Origin: Candidatus Amesbacteria bacterium RIFCSPLOWO2_01_FULL_48_25
Lineage (GTDB): Bacteria > Patescibacteriota > Microgenomatia > CAZETR01 > Amesbacteraceae
DNA: 64,000 bases
Reading direction: 5' to 3'
Assembly: GCA_001773695.1 (NCBI GenBank)
Contig: MEXN01000006.1
Span: 4,136 to 68,135, forward strand
In this document: piece after piece, positions 9,390 to 19,497 of the stretch
Layout of the letters: every line of letters begins with the position of its first letter
Position numbering within the stretch: position 1 is the first letter of the stretch
Position numbers and translations under genes: made by a program
Notes under the pieces: model-generated
The model's database searches: none
Told to the model about the DNA's origin: nothing
The model's input: only the letters and a program-made list of their open reading frames with translations

Positions 9390-10660
9390 TCATTTCTATA
9401 CTGACTATAGTCTCTCTCTCGCCTCTATTCCGAGACGGCTTCTACACTTCTTCAGACGGCGAAAATCATCTTATCCGTATCGCCAGGTTCAGTTCCCTTC
9501 TGGCTGGAGGCAATTTATATCCGCGTTGGGATCCAGTCCTCAATCATGGCCGCGGATATCCACTATTTAATTTCACCTACCCCTTGCCCTACTACGTTTC
9601 GTCTCTTTTTCACTTTACCAATCTATCTGTCGTGGATTCACTCAAAGCAACGTTCGTTCTTTTCACTGGAGCCTCGGTTCTCTTCTTTTATCTCTGGACC
9701 AGACATTTGCCGGCAACTGTACTTTTTTTGTTTACTCCATACCGCTTCGTCAATCTTTACGTTCGGGCTGCATTGGGTGAGGTGGCTTTCTTGGGGATCT
9801 TACCATTATGTTTCTTGTGCATAGACAAAAAAAATCATCCTCTTTTAGTCATATCCTTAAGCCTTCTTATCTTTTCCCATCTTCAGCTTTCCCTCATTTT
9901 TATCCCGATTTTATTTTTATACTCTTTAACAAACCACTCTGGAAAAGCCTTTACAACCAGCCTTCTCCTATCCCTACTAGTCAGTTCAATTTTTTGGCTT
10001 CCGGCCCTCTATCTAACTGGGTTTACCAAGTATTTCTCAGTCCACCAATTTATCCCTTCACAACATCTTCCCACTTTGCGACAACTGGTCTACTCACCCT
10101 GGGGGTTTGGATTCTCTCGTTCCGGGCTGGCCGATGATATTTCGTTTCAACTGGGTTTGGCCACATGGGTTGTCTTAATTATTTCTAGTCTGAATATTTC
10201 TCACCTTAGGTCAAGTCGTAAATTGGTGTTGGTAACAGTTTGGTCGTCGCTAGTCTTCATGTCCACTAATTTATTTGGACTTTGGGATTGGCCGATTTTT
10301 CAATCCATCCAATTTCCCTGGAGATTACTGATGATCCCTCTGATTTTTATCCCCTATGTTTTTTCCGGTCTAAATACCTCTAAAACCTTTACAGTTTTCG
10401 TCATCATTCTTGCTATTTACGTCAATCGCAACCATATTCGCACCAATCTTCCCCAATTCGTTTCCATTCCGGACTCACAATTTATAACATCTCAACAAAC
10501 TGCCACAAGTACCCCGGATGAATTTATGCCCAAAGTGTTTAATTCATCCACATCATACATCTTTTCCTCATCCCCAGTTATAATTATCTCCCAGTCCATT
10601 TCGCTATTGGCAGTCGTTTTGTATGGAATCATTTTCAGTAGCCATTATCGCAGCCGATAG
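9368..10660 (+). CDS. Large polytopic membrane protein, paralog of 56612..58315 (possible GT-C glycosyltransferase or polymerase)
   Basis: Shares the motif 'NLYPRWDPVLNHGRGYPLFNFTYPLPYY' with ORF 56612..58315; multi-TM. Confidence 0.45.
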   Translation: MSKTHLLVISILTIVSLSPLFRDGFYTSSDGENHLIRIARFSSLLAGGNLYPRWDPVLNHGRGYPLFNFTYPLPYYVSSLFHFTNLSVVDSLKATFVLFTGASVLFFYLWTRHLPATVLFLFTPYRFVNLYVRAALGEVAFLGILPLCFLCIDKKNHPLLVISLSLLIFSHLQLSLIFIPILFLYSLTNHSGKAFTTSLLLSLLVSSIFWLPALYLTGFTKYFSVHQFIPSQHLPTLRQLVYSPWGFGFSRSGLADDISFQLGLATWVVLIISSLNISHLRSSRKLVLVTVWSSLVFMSTNLFGLWDWPIFQSIQFPWRLLMIPLIFIPYVFSGLNTSKTFTVFVIILAIYVNRNHIRTNLPQFVSIPDSQFITSQQTATSTPDEFMPKVFNSSTSYIFSSSPVIIISQSISLLAVVLYGIIFSSHYRSR

Positions 10661-11312
10661 GTCAGTCATTTTACCCCAATGTCTGGACACAGCCAGAAAA
10701 ATTTCCGATGACATAGTTATTGTCACCAACACCGATCATAAATTTGTAGACTTCGCCGATCAAAAAAATTACGCTATTTCTCAAACCAAATATAACTGGG
10801 TTCTCTCCCTAGACGCCGACGAATCCCTGCCCCCGGAATTAATCACAGAAATTAGCAATCTAGATTTTTCCAAAGATGCCTATTCGATGCCTAGATTAAA
10901 CTACATTTTTGGGAAGCCCATTTATCATGCTGATTGGTCTCCCGAAAACGACCGTCATGTCTGGCTATTTGACAAAACTAAATGTCACTGGGAAGGCACC
11001 GTCCACGAGCATGTCGCTGTCACCGGCTCTGTAGGTCACCTCAAAAATCCAAAAATTCATCTAAATTATCAATCAGTTGAACAATTTATACAGAAACTTA
11101 ATCTCTACACCAGTTTTGAAGCCAAAAACAAAACCTACAACCCGACCCTATTATTTATTTATCCGTTTTGGAAATTCATTCGCCATTTCATTGTCTTTCA
11201 GGGGTACTTGGACGGACAGCATGGGTTCTTCCTGAGCTATCTCCAAGCGATTTACGGTCTGACAGTTTATGTAAAATCCTGGACTTATCGTAACTTAGCC
11301 AAGTCCGCTTGA
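10623..11312 (+). CDS. Glycosyltransferase family 2-like (small)
   Basis: 'VAIIAADRSVILPQCLDTARKISDDIVIVTNTD' followed by 'LSLDADE' (DXD). Confidence 0.5.
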   Translation: MESFSVAIIAADRSVILPQCLDTARKISDDIVIVTNTDHKFVDFADQKNYAISQTKYNWVLSLDADESLPPELITEISNLDFSKDAYSMPRLNYIFGKPIYHADWSPENDRHVWLFDKTKCHWEGTVHEHVAVTGSVGHLKNPKIHLNYQSVEQFIQKLNLYTSFEAKNKTYNPTLLFIYPFWKFIRHFIVFQGYLDGQHGFFLSYLQAIYGLTVYVKSWTYRNLAKSA

Positions 11313-12304
11313 ACCATCATATTTACTAAATCTTCAAATTTCACTTTCGGTTTCCACCCCAGAGCTTTTCTGATTTTTGTATAATTTCCTACCAACGGTC
11401 CGGTTTCCGTAGGCCTTATCCATTTTTTGTTAATTACTACTCGGTCTTTCCACTTCAGTCCGGCTACCGAAAAAGCTGACTCACACAAATCCCTAACAGA
11501 GTGTGTCTCGCCAGTTGCCACCACAAAGTCATCAGGTTTATCATGCTGGAGAATCATCCACATGGCCTCCACATAGTCCCCGGCAAACCCCCAATCTCGT
11601 TTGGCATCCAAATTTCCCAGCTCCAATTTCCTGTCCTTGTTAATTACCGGAATCCCACCTTGCCCCAAAGGAATTCTCGCTCCCTTCAAGCCCAACTTGA
11701 TGGCAGCTACCGCCAAACTAACTTTTCTGGTCACAAAATCCGGACTTCTCCGCGGACTTTCATGGTTAAATAAAATTCCCGTAGAGATAAATAACCCAAA
11801 CGATTTCCGGTAAATTTGCGCGTCAAAATGTGCTAATGCCTTAGCGGCAGCGTAGGGATTGACGGGATGGAATGGAGTCTCTTCGTCTTGCGGCACAACA
11901 GTAGTATCCCCATACAACTCACTGGTACTCGCTTGGTAGACCCGGGCTTGCGGAAGCACGTTTCTCACTGCCTCAAATATCCGCAGTGCCCCCAATCCAG
12001 TTTGGTCTGCCGTCGCTAATGGTTGCGACCAGGATTCATGAACTTGAGATTGGGCTGCTAAATTATAAATTTCGTCTGGTTTAACTTCTGCCAGATACAT
12101 GGATAAACAAGCTGGATCAGCCAAGTCCCCCAGAAAGAACTCGACCTCACTTCGCAAATGTGCCGCACTCCCATAACTAGGGTTGCTGTTTCTCCTCAAG
12201 AGCCCACACACCCGGTATCCCTTTTTCAACAGCAGTTCTGCCAAATAAGATCCATCCTGGCCGGTAATTCCGGTAATGAAGGCCGTTTTTGCTTTCCTTC
12301 CCAT
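11285..12304 (-). CDS. gmd: GDP-mannose 4,6-dehydratase
   Basis: 'AFITGITGQDGSYLAELLLKKGYRVCGLLRRNS', a canonical Gmd N-terminus; SDR fold. Confidence 0.85.
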   Translation of the reverse strand: MGRKAKTAFITGITGQDGSYLAELLLKKGYRVCGLLRRNSNPSYGSAAHLRSEVEFFLGDLADPACLSMYLAEVKPDEIYNLAAQSQVHESWSQPLATADQTGLGALRIFEAVRNVLPQARVYQASTSELYGDTTVVPQDEETPFHPVNPYAAAKALAHFDAQIYRKSFGLFISTGILFNHESPRRSPDFVTRKVSLAVAAIKLGLKGARIPLGQGGIPVINKDRKLELGNLDAKRDWGFAGDYVEAMWMILQHDKPDDFVVATGETHSVRDLCESAFSVAGLKWKDRVVINKKWIRPTETGPLVGNYTKIRKALGWKPKVKFEDLVNMMVQADLAKLR

Positions 12305-12344
12305 TTTCCGGCAATATTACCGGCCAAAATAGTAAAATACAAGT

Positions 12345-13745
12345 GTGACCTTTTTTGTCCTCGCACTCGGACTGATTTTGCGCTTGATAAACCTGAACCA
12401 AAGCTTTTGGCTGGACGAAGCCTCCCAAGCTCAGCAATCAGCTCTATCTCTATCTCAAATCTGGTCTGGCCGTCCGGCCGACTTCCACCCACCACTTTTT
12501 TACACCCTATCTCATTTTTGGTTGCAATTTGGTAGATCAGAAATCTGGCTGCGCCTGTTGCCAGTCACCTTCGGGGTGGCCAATATTTATGTGCTTTATC
12601 TCTTCGCCAGAAAACTCTTTCCAGACAAAAAAATTATCATTGGACATTGGACATTGAAAATTGAACATTTGGCTGGCTTATTGCTCTCAGCGGCTCCCTT
12701 TCATATTTATTATTCCCAAGAATTTCGTTCCTACTCACTATTAGGTCTTTTGGGTACCTTGGCCATGTATTTTACCCACCAGCGCCGCTTTATATGGCTG
12801 GCCGCAACAAATCTGATACTTTTATATACCCACTACTCGTCAATCTTTATCATTTTCACCCAGCTTGCATATTTTGCAATCTATTCTCGCAAAGCCCTCA
12901 CAAAGTTCATAATTCACAATATTTTATTCTTAGTTCTCTACTTACCTTGGTTTCCTCAGTTTTCTCGCCAACTCAACGCCGGCTCGCGTATAGACGAATA
13001 TCTTCCCGGCTGGCGGAATATTTTAAGCATCTCCCCAATCAAAGCTTTCCCGGTAATCTTGTTCAAACTCATTGCCGGCCGAATCACATTTGTCTCCCGA
13101 CCGCTATACTTTGCCTACTTCGCGTCTGTCATGGTTATCACCCTGTTCTCGCTGCTAGTTGCCAGAAGCCAAGCCAAGAGTTTTCTTTTCGTCTGGTCAT
13201 TTCTCCCCATATTTATCATGCTTCTCACCTCTTTAGCATTCCCCCAAAACCAACCATTCAGAGTAATTTACGTCCTTCCGGCTTTGATTCTGCTAATTGT
13301 AACTGCCTGTCTGCGATTTCCCAAACTCTTCTTGACTTTATTTATGTATATCGCCTTGGTAGGCAACATTGCTTATTTTACTAGGCCTCGTTTGCAGCGT
13401 GAGCAGTGGAGCCAAGCTGCCATTTTTTTGCAGTCTCAAGCTGGAGTTGTAATAATTAAATTCCCAGGAAATTTTGCCCCCCTGGATTGGTATGCGCCAG
13501 ACCTATCTGTTATCGCAGCCGTCCCTACGATGCCGGCTCGTTCGGAAGAGGTTGCCATGAAGTTGTCCTCACTCCAAGCCTCGACGACACCAGTTTATTT
13601 GCTCGAATATCTCACAGATCTATCTGATCCCAATAGAATTGTAGACAACACCTTGGATCAGTTGGGTTATACAGTTTCTCGCACTTACGATTTTCCAGGA
13701 GTAGGATTCATTTACAAATATGACAAAAATGACAATAGGATTTGA
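12345..13745 (+). CDS. GT39/GT83-like membrane glycosyltransferase (PMT_2 / ArnT family)
   Basis: N-terminal 'LRLINLNQSFWLDEASQ' motif characteristic of ArnT/PMT-family GT-C enzymes; more than 10 TM helices. Confidence 0.6.
   Translation: MTFFVLALGLILRLINLNQSFWLDEASQAQQSALSLSQIWSGRPADFHPPLFYTLSHFWLQFGRSEIWLRLLPVTFGVANIYVLYLFARKLFPDKKIIIGHWTLKIEHLAGLLLSAAPFHIYYSQEFRSYSLLGLLGTLAMYFTHQRRFIWLAATNLILLYTHYSSIFIIFTQLAYFAIYSRKALTKFIIHNILFLVLYLPWFPQFSRQLNAGSRIDEYLPGWRNILSISPIKAFPVILFKLIAGRITFVSRPLYFAYFASVMVITLFSLLVARSQAKSFLFVWSFLPIFIMLLTSLAFPQNQPFRVIYVLPALILLIVTACLRFPKLFLTLFMYIALVGNIAYFTRPRLQREQWSQAAIFLQSQAGVVIIKFPGNFAPLDWYAPDLSVIAAVPTMPARSEEVAMKLSSLQASTTPVYLLEYLTDLSDPNRIVDNTLDQLGYTVSRTYDFPGVGFIYKYDKNDNRI
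12638..12672. repeat. Imperfect heptamer tandem array (cattgga x5 variants) inside the GT39-like gene
   Basis: 'cattgga cattgga cattgaa aattgaa catttgg'; 'attg' recurs every 7 nt. Confidence 0.7.
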
Positions 13746-14736
13746 TGTTTCTCAAGCACTTTACGGCACCGGCGTTTCCGACTACACCATCGAGATGGCT
13801 AAACGTCTTAAGGTGACACTATTCGGCTACTCTCTGCGCCGTCAGACAGAACTGAAAAAGCTTTTTCCCAACGCCAAAATCTTCCCCTTCCCACCCACCG
13901 CCATGCATTATCTCTGGAACAAATTCCATTTGCTTCCGGTCGAAAATTTGATCGGCACCATAGACATATACCACTCATCCGACTGGGCCCAAGCCTTGTC
14001 CAAAGCCAAAAAAGTGACCACGGTCCACGATCTAGCTCCCTTTTTATATCCTTCCGAAACCTCTTCCCAAATTGTCTCCGTCCACACAGCTCGAATGCGT
14101 TGGGTCGTGGCCGAGTGCGACAAAATTATTTGCGTTTCCCAAAGCACCGCCAACGATTTAGTCAAACTTTTTCCCTCGACCAAAAATAGAACAATAGTTA
14201 TCCCCGAAGCCCTCCCTTCCCGATTTTTACTAGAACCTAATACCCATAACCCAGAACCTTATATACTGGCCATCGGATCTCGCCAACCCCGCAAAAATAT
14301 CACCCGCCTTGTCTCTGCTTTTCTAAATTATCGCCCGGCAGAAAAGCTCATCATCATTGGCGAAAATTCATCAATCATAAATCACAAATCAATAATCTTC
14401 ACAGGTTATGTCTCCGACCAAGATCTGGTCAATTATTTAGCCAGCGCTTCTTGCTTTGTCTACCCATCGCTATATGAAGGCTTTGGCTTGCCGATTTTAG
14501 GCACCTTTCATCATCAAATCCCCGTGGCAGTTTCCGATATTCCTGTCTTCCATGAAACCGCTAGCAATGCGGCTGTTTACTTTGATCCCTACGACGAAAA
14601 ATCCATCGCTTCCGGCATCTCGGACGCAATTAATAATAAAACTAAGTTGGTAAAACTCGGAACAGAGCAATTAAAAAAATTTTCCTGGCAAAAAGCAGCC
14701 GACGAAACTATAAAAGTTTACAAATCACTATGTTAA
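13720..14736 (+). CDS. Glycosyltransferase family 4
   Basis: 'YVYPSLYEGFGLPIL' EX7E-type motif; GT-B architecture. Confidence 0.6.
   Translation: MTKMTIGFDVSQALYGTGVSDYTIEMAKRLKVTLFGYSLRRQTELKKLFPNAKIFPFPPTAMHYLWNKFHLLPVENLIGTIDIYHSSDWAQALSKAKKVTTVHDLAPFLYPSETSSQIVSVHTARMRWVVAECDKIICVSQSTANDLVKLFPSTKNRTIVIPEALPSRFLLEPNTHNPEPYILAIGSRQPRKNITRLVSAFLNYRPAEKLIIIGENSSIINHKSIIFTGYVSDQDLVNYLASASCFVYPSLYEGFGLPILGTFHHQIPVAVSDIPVFHETASNAAVYFDPYDEKSIASGISDAINNKTKLVKLGTEQLKKFSWQKAADETIKVYKSLC
14365..14397. repeat. Heptamer-period array (aatcaNa x4) inside the GT4 gene at 13720
   Basis: 'aattcatc aatcata aatcaca aatcaat aatc'. Confidence 0.55.
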
Positions 14737-15845
14737 TCGGTATCGATGCCAATGAGGCCAATTTGACCCCTAATCGAGTGGGCATAAATCAATATGCCTT
14801 CGATTTACTTCATGCCCTATACGATCTTAAAACCTCACATTCATACGTCATTTACTTAAAAACATCTCCATTAGAAGACTTGCCTAAGGAAAGAAAAAAC
14901 TGGTCGTATCGTGTGATTCCCTTTCCGATGGCTTGGACCCAAACCAGATTGCCATTCGATCTGTACACTCATAATCCCAAGCCCGATGTTTTTTTCAGTA
15001 TGACCCATTACGCCCCGCGTTGGTCCTCGACACCTACCGTGGTCGCCATTATGGATTTGGGTTTCCTGAAAACTCCGGAGCAGTTTACGCTCCAAGACTT
15101 TAACCAATTGAAATCCTGGACCGAATACTCGGTCAAACAAGCTACTCGTATCGTCACCATCTCTGAACACTCTAAAAAGGACATTATTTCGGCTTATCAC
15201 ATCGACCCATCCAAAATCACCGTCACCTACCCGGGATATGATCAAAAACTTTTTAAGCCAACTCTCAATTCCGATGTATTAAAAAAATATGGGATTAAAG
15301 AGCCGTATTTCCTGTTCTTAAGTAGCCTCAAACCCAGCAAAAATATCGAAGGGCTTATTCGCGCTTTCTATAACCTAGAACCTAGAACCTATAACCTAGT
15401 CATAGCTGGCAAAAAAGCCTGGCTCTATGACAAAATTTTCTCCCTAGTCAAAGAATTAAACTTAGAAAAAAGAGTCATATTTACGGGTTTCGTTGAAGAA
15501 TCCGAAGTTCCCGTTCTCATGACTCACGCCGCCGCTTTTGTCATGCCCAGTTTTTTTGAAGGATTTGGTATTCCGGTTTTAGAGGCTATGGCTTGCGGCT
15601 CCCCCGTCGTCGTCTCAAAAATTGCTTCTCTTCCCGAAGTTGCCGGCCCCGCCGGAATTTACGTCGACCCCCACAATATCAGCTCTATTGTCTCGGGTCT
15701 GCAAACGGCCATCAGTCCCGAACGCGAGGGATTTGTGAAGAAGGGGTTGGAAAGAGTAAAATTATTCAGTTGGGACACCTGCGCCCGGCAAACGCTAATA
15801 TGTTTACAGACCGCAACGGAAAACCACTCACCACCGAAGAAGTGA
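14730..15845 (+). CDS. Glycosyltransferase family 4
   Basis: 'FVMPSFFEGFGIPVLEAMACGSPVVVS'. Confidence 0.65.
   Translation: MLIGIDANEANLTPNRVGINQYAFDLLHALYDLKTSHSYVIYLKTSPLEDLPKERKNWSYRVIPFPMAWTQTRLPFDLYTHNPKPDVFFSMTHYAPRWSSTPTVVAIMDLGFLKTPEQFTLQDFNQLKSWTEYSVKQATRIVTISEHSKKDIISAYHIDPSKITVTYPGYDQKLFKPTLNSDVLKKYGIKEPYFLFLSSLKPSKNIEGLIRAFYNLEPRTYNLVIAGKKAWLYDKIFSLVKELNLEKRVIFTGFVEESEVPVLMTHAAAFVMPSFFEGFGIPVLEAMACGSPVVVSKIASLPEVAGPAGIYVDPHNISSIVSGLQTAISPEREGFVKKGLERVKLFSWDTCARQTLICLQTATENHSPPKK
15373..15400. repeat. Heptamer tandem array (aacctag x4) inside a GT4 gene
   Basis: 'aacctag aacctag aacctat aacctag'. Confidence 0.7.
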
Positions 15846-16390
15846 TCTATAAAGGCATCACCAGGCTTTATAACGTCGGATTGGATTTCGAATTGTATTT
15901 TCTATATTTAGTCGGCCATATCCCCTCCCACGCAATTAGGAAATTGTTTTACCGCCTGGCTGGAATCAAACTGGAAGGCACCATTCATATGTTTGCCAGG
16001 TTTTACGACCCAAAAAACATCTCCATTGGCACAGATTCGATAATTGGCGACCATGCATTTTTAGACGGCAGGGACGCGCTCACCATAGGTAATCACGTCG
16101 ACATCGCTTCCCAAGTTACGATTTATAACTCCGAGCATGATATTAACTCTGACACCTTTCACGCCACCGTCGCTCCGGTCGAAATTGGGGACTACTCCTT
16201 TATCGGCCCTCGGGCGATTATCTTGCCGGGCGTAAAGATAGGACGAGGAGCAGTAGTGGCTGCCGGTGCCGTAGTTACCAAAGACGTTCCCGATTTTGCC
16301 ATTGCAGGCGGCGTGCCAGCCAAAATCATTGGCGAACGAGAAAACAAAGATCTTCACTATCGGTTGGGCCGCGCTCGTCTTTTTCAGTAA
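15800..16390 (+). CDS. Hexapeptide-repeat (LbH) acetyltransferase
   Basis: Hexapeptide repeats 'IGDHAFLDGRDALTIGNHVDIASQVTIY...IGPRAIILPGVKIGRGAVVAAGAVV'. The start is ambiguous: ATG at 15800 or GTG at 15842 overlapping the upstream stop. Confidence 0.6.
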   Translation: MFTDRNGKPLTTEEVIYKGITRLYNVGLDFELYFLYLVGHIPSHAIRKLFYRLAGIKLEGTIHMFARFYDPKNISIGTDSIIGDHAFLDGRDALTIGNHVDIASQVTIYNSEHDINSDTFHATVAPVEIGDYSFIGPRAIILPGVKIGRGAVVAAGAVVTKDVPDFAIAGGVPAKIIGERENKDLHYRLGRARLFQ

Positions 16391-16878
16391 TGATCAAAAA
16401 AGTTGTCGTACCCGTCCTCTTACTATTTACCATTTACTATTTACTATTCCCCGTTCCCGGTTTTCCCCCGCCTCCTCCAAACTCACTGGTTTCCACCGAG
16501 CCCGCCGATACCGAAAGCATTTACCGCAAAGCTTACTATACCGACCTCTCGCGGGAACAAATAATCAATTACTACAAGACCCAATGGCGATGGCCGTTCA
16601 TTCGCCTTATTATTCCACCAGAGGATGCTCAAACTGTCATCCGCGATCAAACAAGAAGTAGCTGGCTGGAGAAGTTTGTTCATCCCATCAAAGATTCTCT
16701 CTATGTTAACGGCTTTTATCCAAACAAACCCACAGAGCAAATCAATATCGATGGTGTCCATTATCAGGCTAAAATCACGGCCAGATATATTCCCTCTCAC
16801 CCAATTACCAGGCTTACTGTCCTGGCCCTTGCAAGTGTTTCCGGTTATTTACTGATCAAAGAATATGCCAAAATATAG
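16390..16878 (+). CDS. Hypothetical membrane-anchored protein
   Basis: N-terminal TM helix and a Pro-rich segment; no known family. Confidence 0.4.
   Translation: MIKKVVVPVLLLFTIYYLLFPVPGFPPPPPNSLVSTEPADTESIYRKAYYTDLSREQIINYYKTQWRWPFIRLIIPPEDAQTVIRDQTRSSWLEKFVHPIKDSLYVNGFYPNKPTEQINIDGVHYQAKITARYIPSHPITRLTVLALASVSGYLLIKEYAKI
16419..16450. repeat. Heptamer tandem array (atttact x4) at the 5' end of ORF 16390
   Basis: 'cttacta tttacca tttacta tttacta ttcc'. Confidence 0.6.
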
Positions 16879-18151
16879 CTATTTTCTAATAGCACTCATT
16901 TTGATGCTCGTCCCCCTTTACCCTAAATTTCCCCTTCTGGGAATTTCCGGAACATTTGTTTCAGTCCGCCTAGAAGACTTTGTCTTAGCGGCGATTTTTT
17001 TATTTTGGCTAGTTTCCCGAATCAAATCACTTCGCGAACTGGCTCACCTACCAACCCACCGGGCCATATTGCTTTATTTGGGCGTGGGGGTAACCGCCCT
17101 GTTTTCGGGGATATTTTTGACCAAGACTGCCAGCACCAGCCTGGGGTTGCTGCACTGGATTCGCCGGGTGGAATACATGGCCGTTTTTTTTGTCGCTTTC
17201 GACTTCCTCAAGTCCCGAGCCCAACTCTTTTTTCTAACCCGGACTCTAATTTTGGTCTCATTATTGGTGGGCCTCTACGGGCTAGGACAACAGTTTTTAG
17301 GTCTCCCGGTAATTTCTACGACCAATACCGAATTTGCCAAGGGTCTAGCTCTTTCTTTGGGTCCAGGGGCCCGTATTAACTCAACATTCGCCGGTCATTA
17401 CGATCTGGCCGCCTATTCTGTATTCCCCCTCCTTCTTATTCTTGGTCTCCTCATCCTCCCTGGAACCAAATTCAAATTTTTGCTCATAGCCAATGGTCTA
17501 GTAATCTACTGGTCTTTGCTTTTATCCGCTTCTCGGGTTACTTTTGCAGCGTTTTTTCTCACTGCCGGCTTGTTCATTCTAGTCATGCGCAAATATTTCT
17601 GGCTTGCTCCATTGGCGGTTATTGCAGTTATTAGCATTCTGGTCACTCCCCAGCTCTTGGGCCGCTACCGCGAGTTTGTCATCAATCACCTTATCACGGG
17701 GGTCCCATCCGCTCACGCTCAAGCAGTAGACGAAGAAACAGCCGACGCACTCAAGCCGCCCTCGGTCCCGGAAGACCGTTCACTAAACATTCGTCTTAAA
17801 GCCGAGTGGCCTCGGGCTCTACGTTCGTTTTGGAAAAATCCTGTTTTCGGCACCGGATTTTCATCAGTCGGATTGGCCACAGACAATGATTATTTGCGCT
17901 CACTAGCAGAAACAGGCGCCTTAGGCTTTGCCGCTCTTGGGCTGATAATATTAAGATTCCTCAAATCCAGCTTTCGCTATCTCATCTCCCCTCCACAAAC
18001 TTTCGAATCCGTCTTTATTGCTTCCATAACTTTTGGTCTCGTCGGCCTTCTCTTAAACGCAGTGTTTATCGACGTCTTCGAAGCCAGCAAAGTTGCAATA
18101 GTCACCTGGACACTTTTAGGCCTAGCCGAAAAAACCAAAACACTCATATGA
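16865..18151 (+). CDS. O-antigen ligase-like (Wzy_C domain) membrane protein
   Basis: Polytopic protein with an 'SASRVTFAAFFL'-type Wzy_C signature loop. Confidence 0.55.
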   Translation: MPKYSYFLIALILMLVPLYPKFPLLGISGTFVSVRLEDFVLAAIFLFWLVSRIKSLRELAHLPTHRAILLYLGVGVTALFSGIFLTKTASTSLGLLHWIRRVEYMAVFFVAFDFLKSRAQLFFLTRTLILVSLLVGLYGLGQQFLGLPVISTTNTEFAKGLALSLGPGARINSTFAGHYDLAAYSVFPLLLILGLLILPGTKFKFLLIANGLVIYWSLLLSASRVTFAAFFLTAGLFILVMRKYFWLAPLAVIAVISILVTPQLLGRYREFVINHLITGVPSAHAQAVDEETADALKPPSVPEDRSLNIRLKAEWPRALRSFWKNPVFGTGFSSVGLATDNDYLRSLAETGALGFAALGLIILRFLKSSFRYLISPPQTFESVFIASITFGLVGLLLNAVFIDVFEASKVAIVTWTLLGLAEKTKTLI

Positions 18152-19497
18152 AATCTAAAAATCAGTACTTAATACTCGGAATATTGCTAGCACTGGGCTT
18201 TTTGGTCCGGCTTTACAAAATCGACAATCCAATTGCCGACTGGCATAGCTGGCGCCAAGCGGATACTTCGGCTGTCACTAGAAACTTCATCAAGTATGGC
18301 GTTGACATTTTCTACCCCCGCTATGACGACTTCACCGACGTTTCCGGCCGTGGCCTGTGGAATCCAGAAGGCTACCGCTTTGTCGAATTCCCAATTTTTA
18401 ACCTTATACATTATTCCTTATACGTTATACGTCCTTTTGGCACCCTTGAACTCTGGGGTAGAGTAACAAGCATCCTAGCAGCTTTGACTTCGGCAACTCT
18501 ACTTTTCTTCATAGTCCGCCGTCGTACAAAACCAAAAATCGGCCTCCTGGCATCACTTTTCTATCTTTTCCTTCCCTATAATATCTATTTCACTCGGGTG
18601 ATTTTGCCCGACCCCCTGATGGTTACCCTCTTTCTGGCCGCCCTCAATTTCCATGACCTGAAACGTCGGTTCGTGACTCTAATATTTGGCTCACTGGCTA
18701 TTTTAGTCAAGCCAGTCGCAATTTTCTTTTTATTACCGATTTATTTAAGTAATCTTTGGCTGGGCCTGCTTATGCTCGCCCCTTTTGGGCTATGGCGGCT
18801 CTGGTCCCATCGCTTTCCTCAGGGCATCCCGGCAAGTTTATGGTTATTAAACGGCAATCGTATCCGCTTTCGTCCAGCTTTTTTCCGCTGGATCTTTGGT
18901 GAAAGGTTGGGAAGCATGATTTTAGGCAAATGGGGGATTTATCCGTTATTGACGGGGCTGATGAATTTACAAGGCTCGTTTACCATTTGGGTAATAGGAG
19001 CTTTATTATATTTGTTTACTTTTGCGACGGGTAACGTCCAGCATGATTACTATCAAATACCCATTATCCCGATAGTTAGCATTTTATTGGCAGTAGGTGT
19101 TTCAAAACTGTGGGCCTCTCTGTCAGGAAAACTAATTGCCGTTATCTGCATAGGCTTCATGCTCTTCTTTTCTTGGTATGACATCCGGGGTAATTACCAA
19201 GTCAACCATTGGGAGATAGTCGAGGCGGGCCAAGCCGTAGATAAAATGACTCCGAAAGACGCCATCGTCGTTGCGCCGTATCAAGGAGACACCGCGTTCT
19301 TATATCAAACAAATCGCCGCGGCTTCCCATTTATGTATATGCCCATCAAAGATTTTATCGATCGCTTTAATGCTACCTATTATGTATCGGTAAATTACGA
19401 CGACGACACGAATAAAATTATGGAGAAATACACAGTGATCGAAAAAAATCCCAAATTCGTCATCGTCAAACTCATCGAACCGATTCGCCCGTTATGA
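18148..19497 (+). CDS. GT39/GT83-like membrane glycosyltransferase (PMT_2 / ArnT family)
   Basis: 'LVRLYKIDNPIADWHSWRQADTSAVTRNF', an ArnT-family N-terminal signature; multi-TM. Confidence 0.55.
   Translation: MKSKNQYLILGILLALGFLVRLYKIDNPIADWHSWRQADTSAVTRNFIKYGVDIFYPRYDDFTDVSGRGLWNPEGYRFVEFPIFNLIHYSLYVIRPFGTLELWGRVTSILAALTSATLLFFIVRRRTKPKIGLLASLFYLFLPYNIYFTRVILPDPLMVTLFLAALNFHDLKRRFVTLIFGSLAILVKPVAIFFLLPIYLSNLWLGLLMLAPFGLWRLWSHRFPQGIPASLWLLNGNRIRFRPAFFRWIFGERLGSMILGKWGIYPLLTGLMNLQGSFTIWVIGALLYLFTFATGNVQHDYYQIPIIPIVSILLAVGVSKLWASLSGKLIAVICIGFMLFFSWYDIRGNYQVNHWEIVEAGQAVDKMTPKDAIVVAPYQGDTAFLYQTNRRGFPFMYMPIKDFIDRFNATYYVSVNYDDDTNKIMEKYTVIEKNPKFVIVKLIEPIRPL
18401..18434. repeat. Heptamer tandem array (cttatac x4) inside the GT39-like gene at 18148
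   Basis: 'accttatac attattc cttatac gttatac gtcc'. Confidence 0.6.

Noticed and set aside
12794-13384. 196-aa alternative-frame ORF inside the GT39-like gene
   Set aside because: It is fully nested in a stronger ORF and has no recognisable motifs, so it is a spurious frame.
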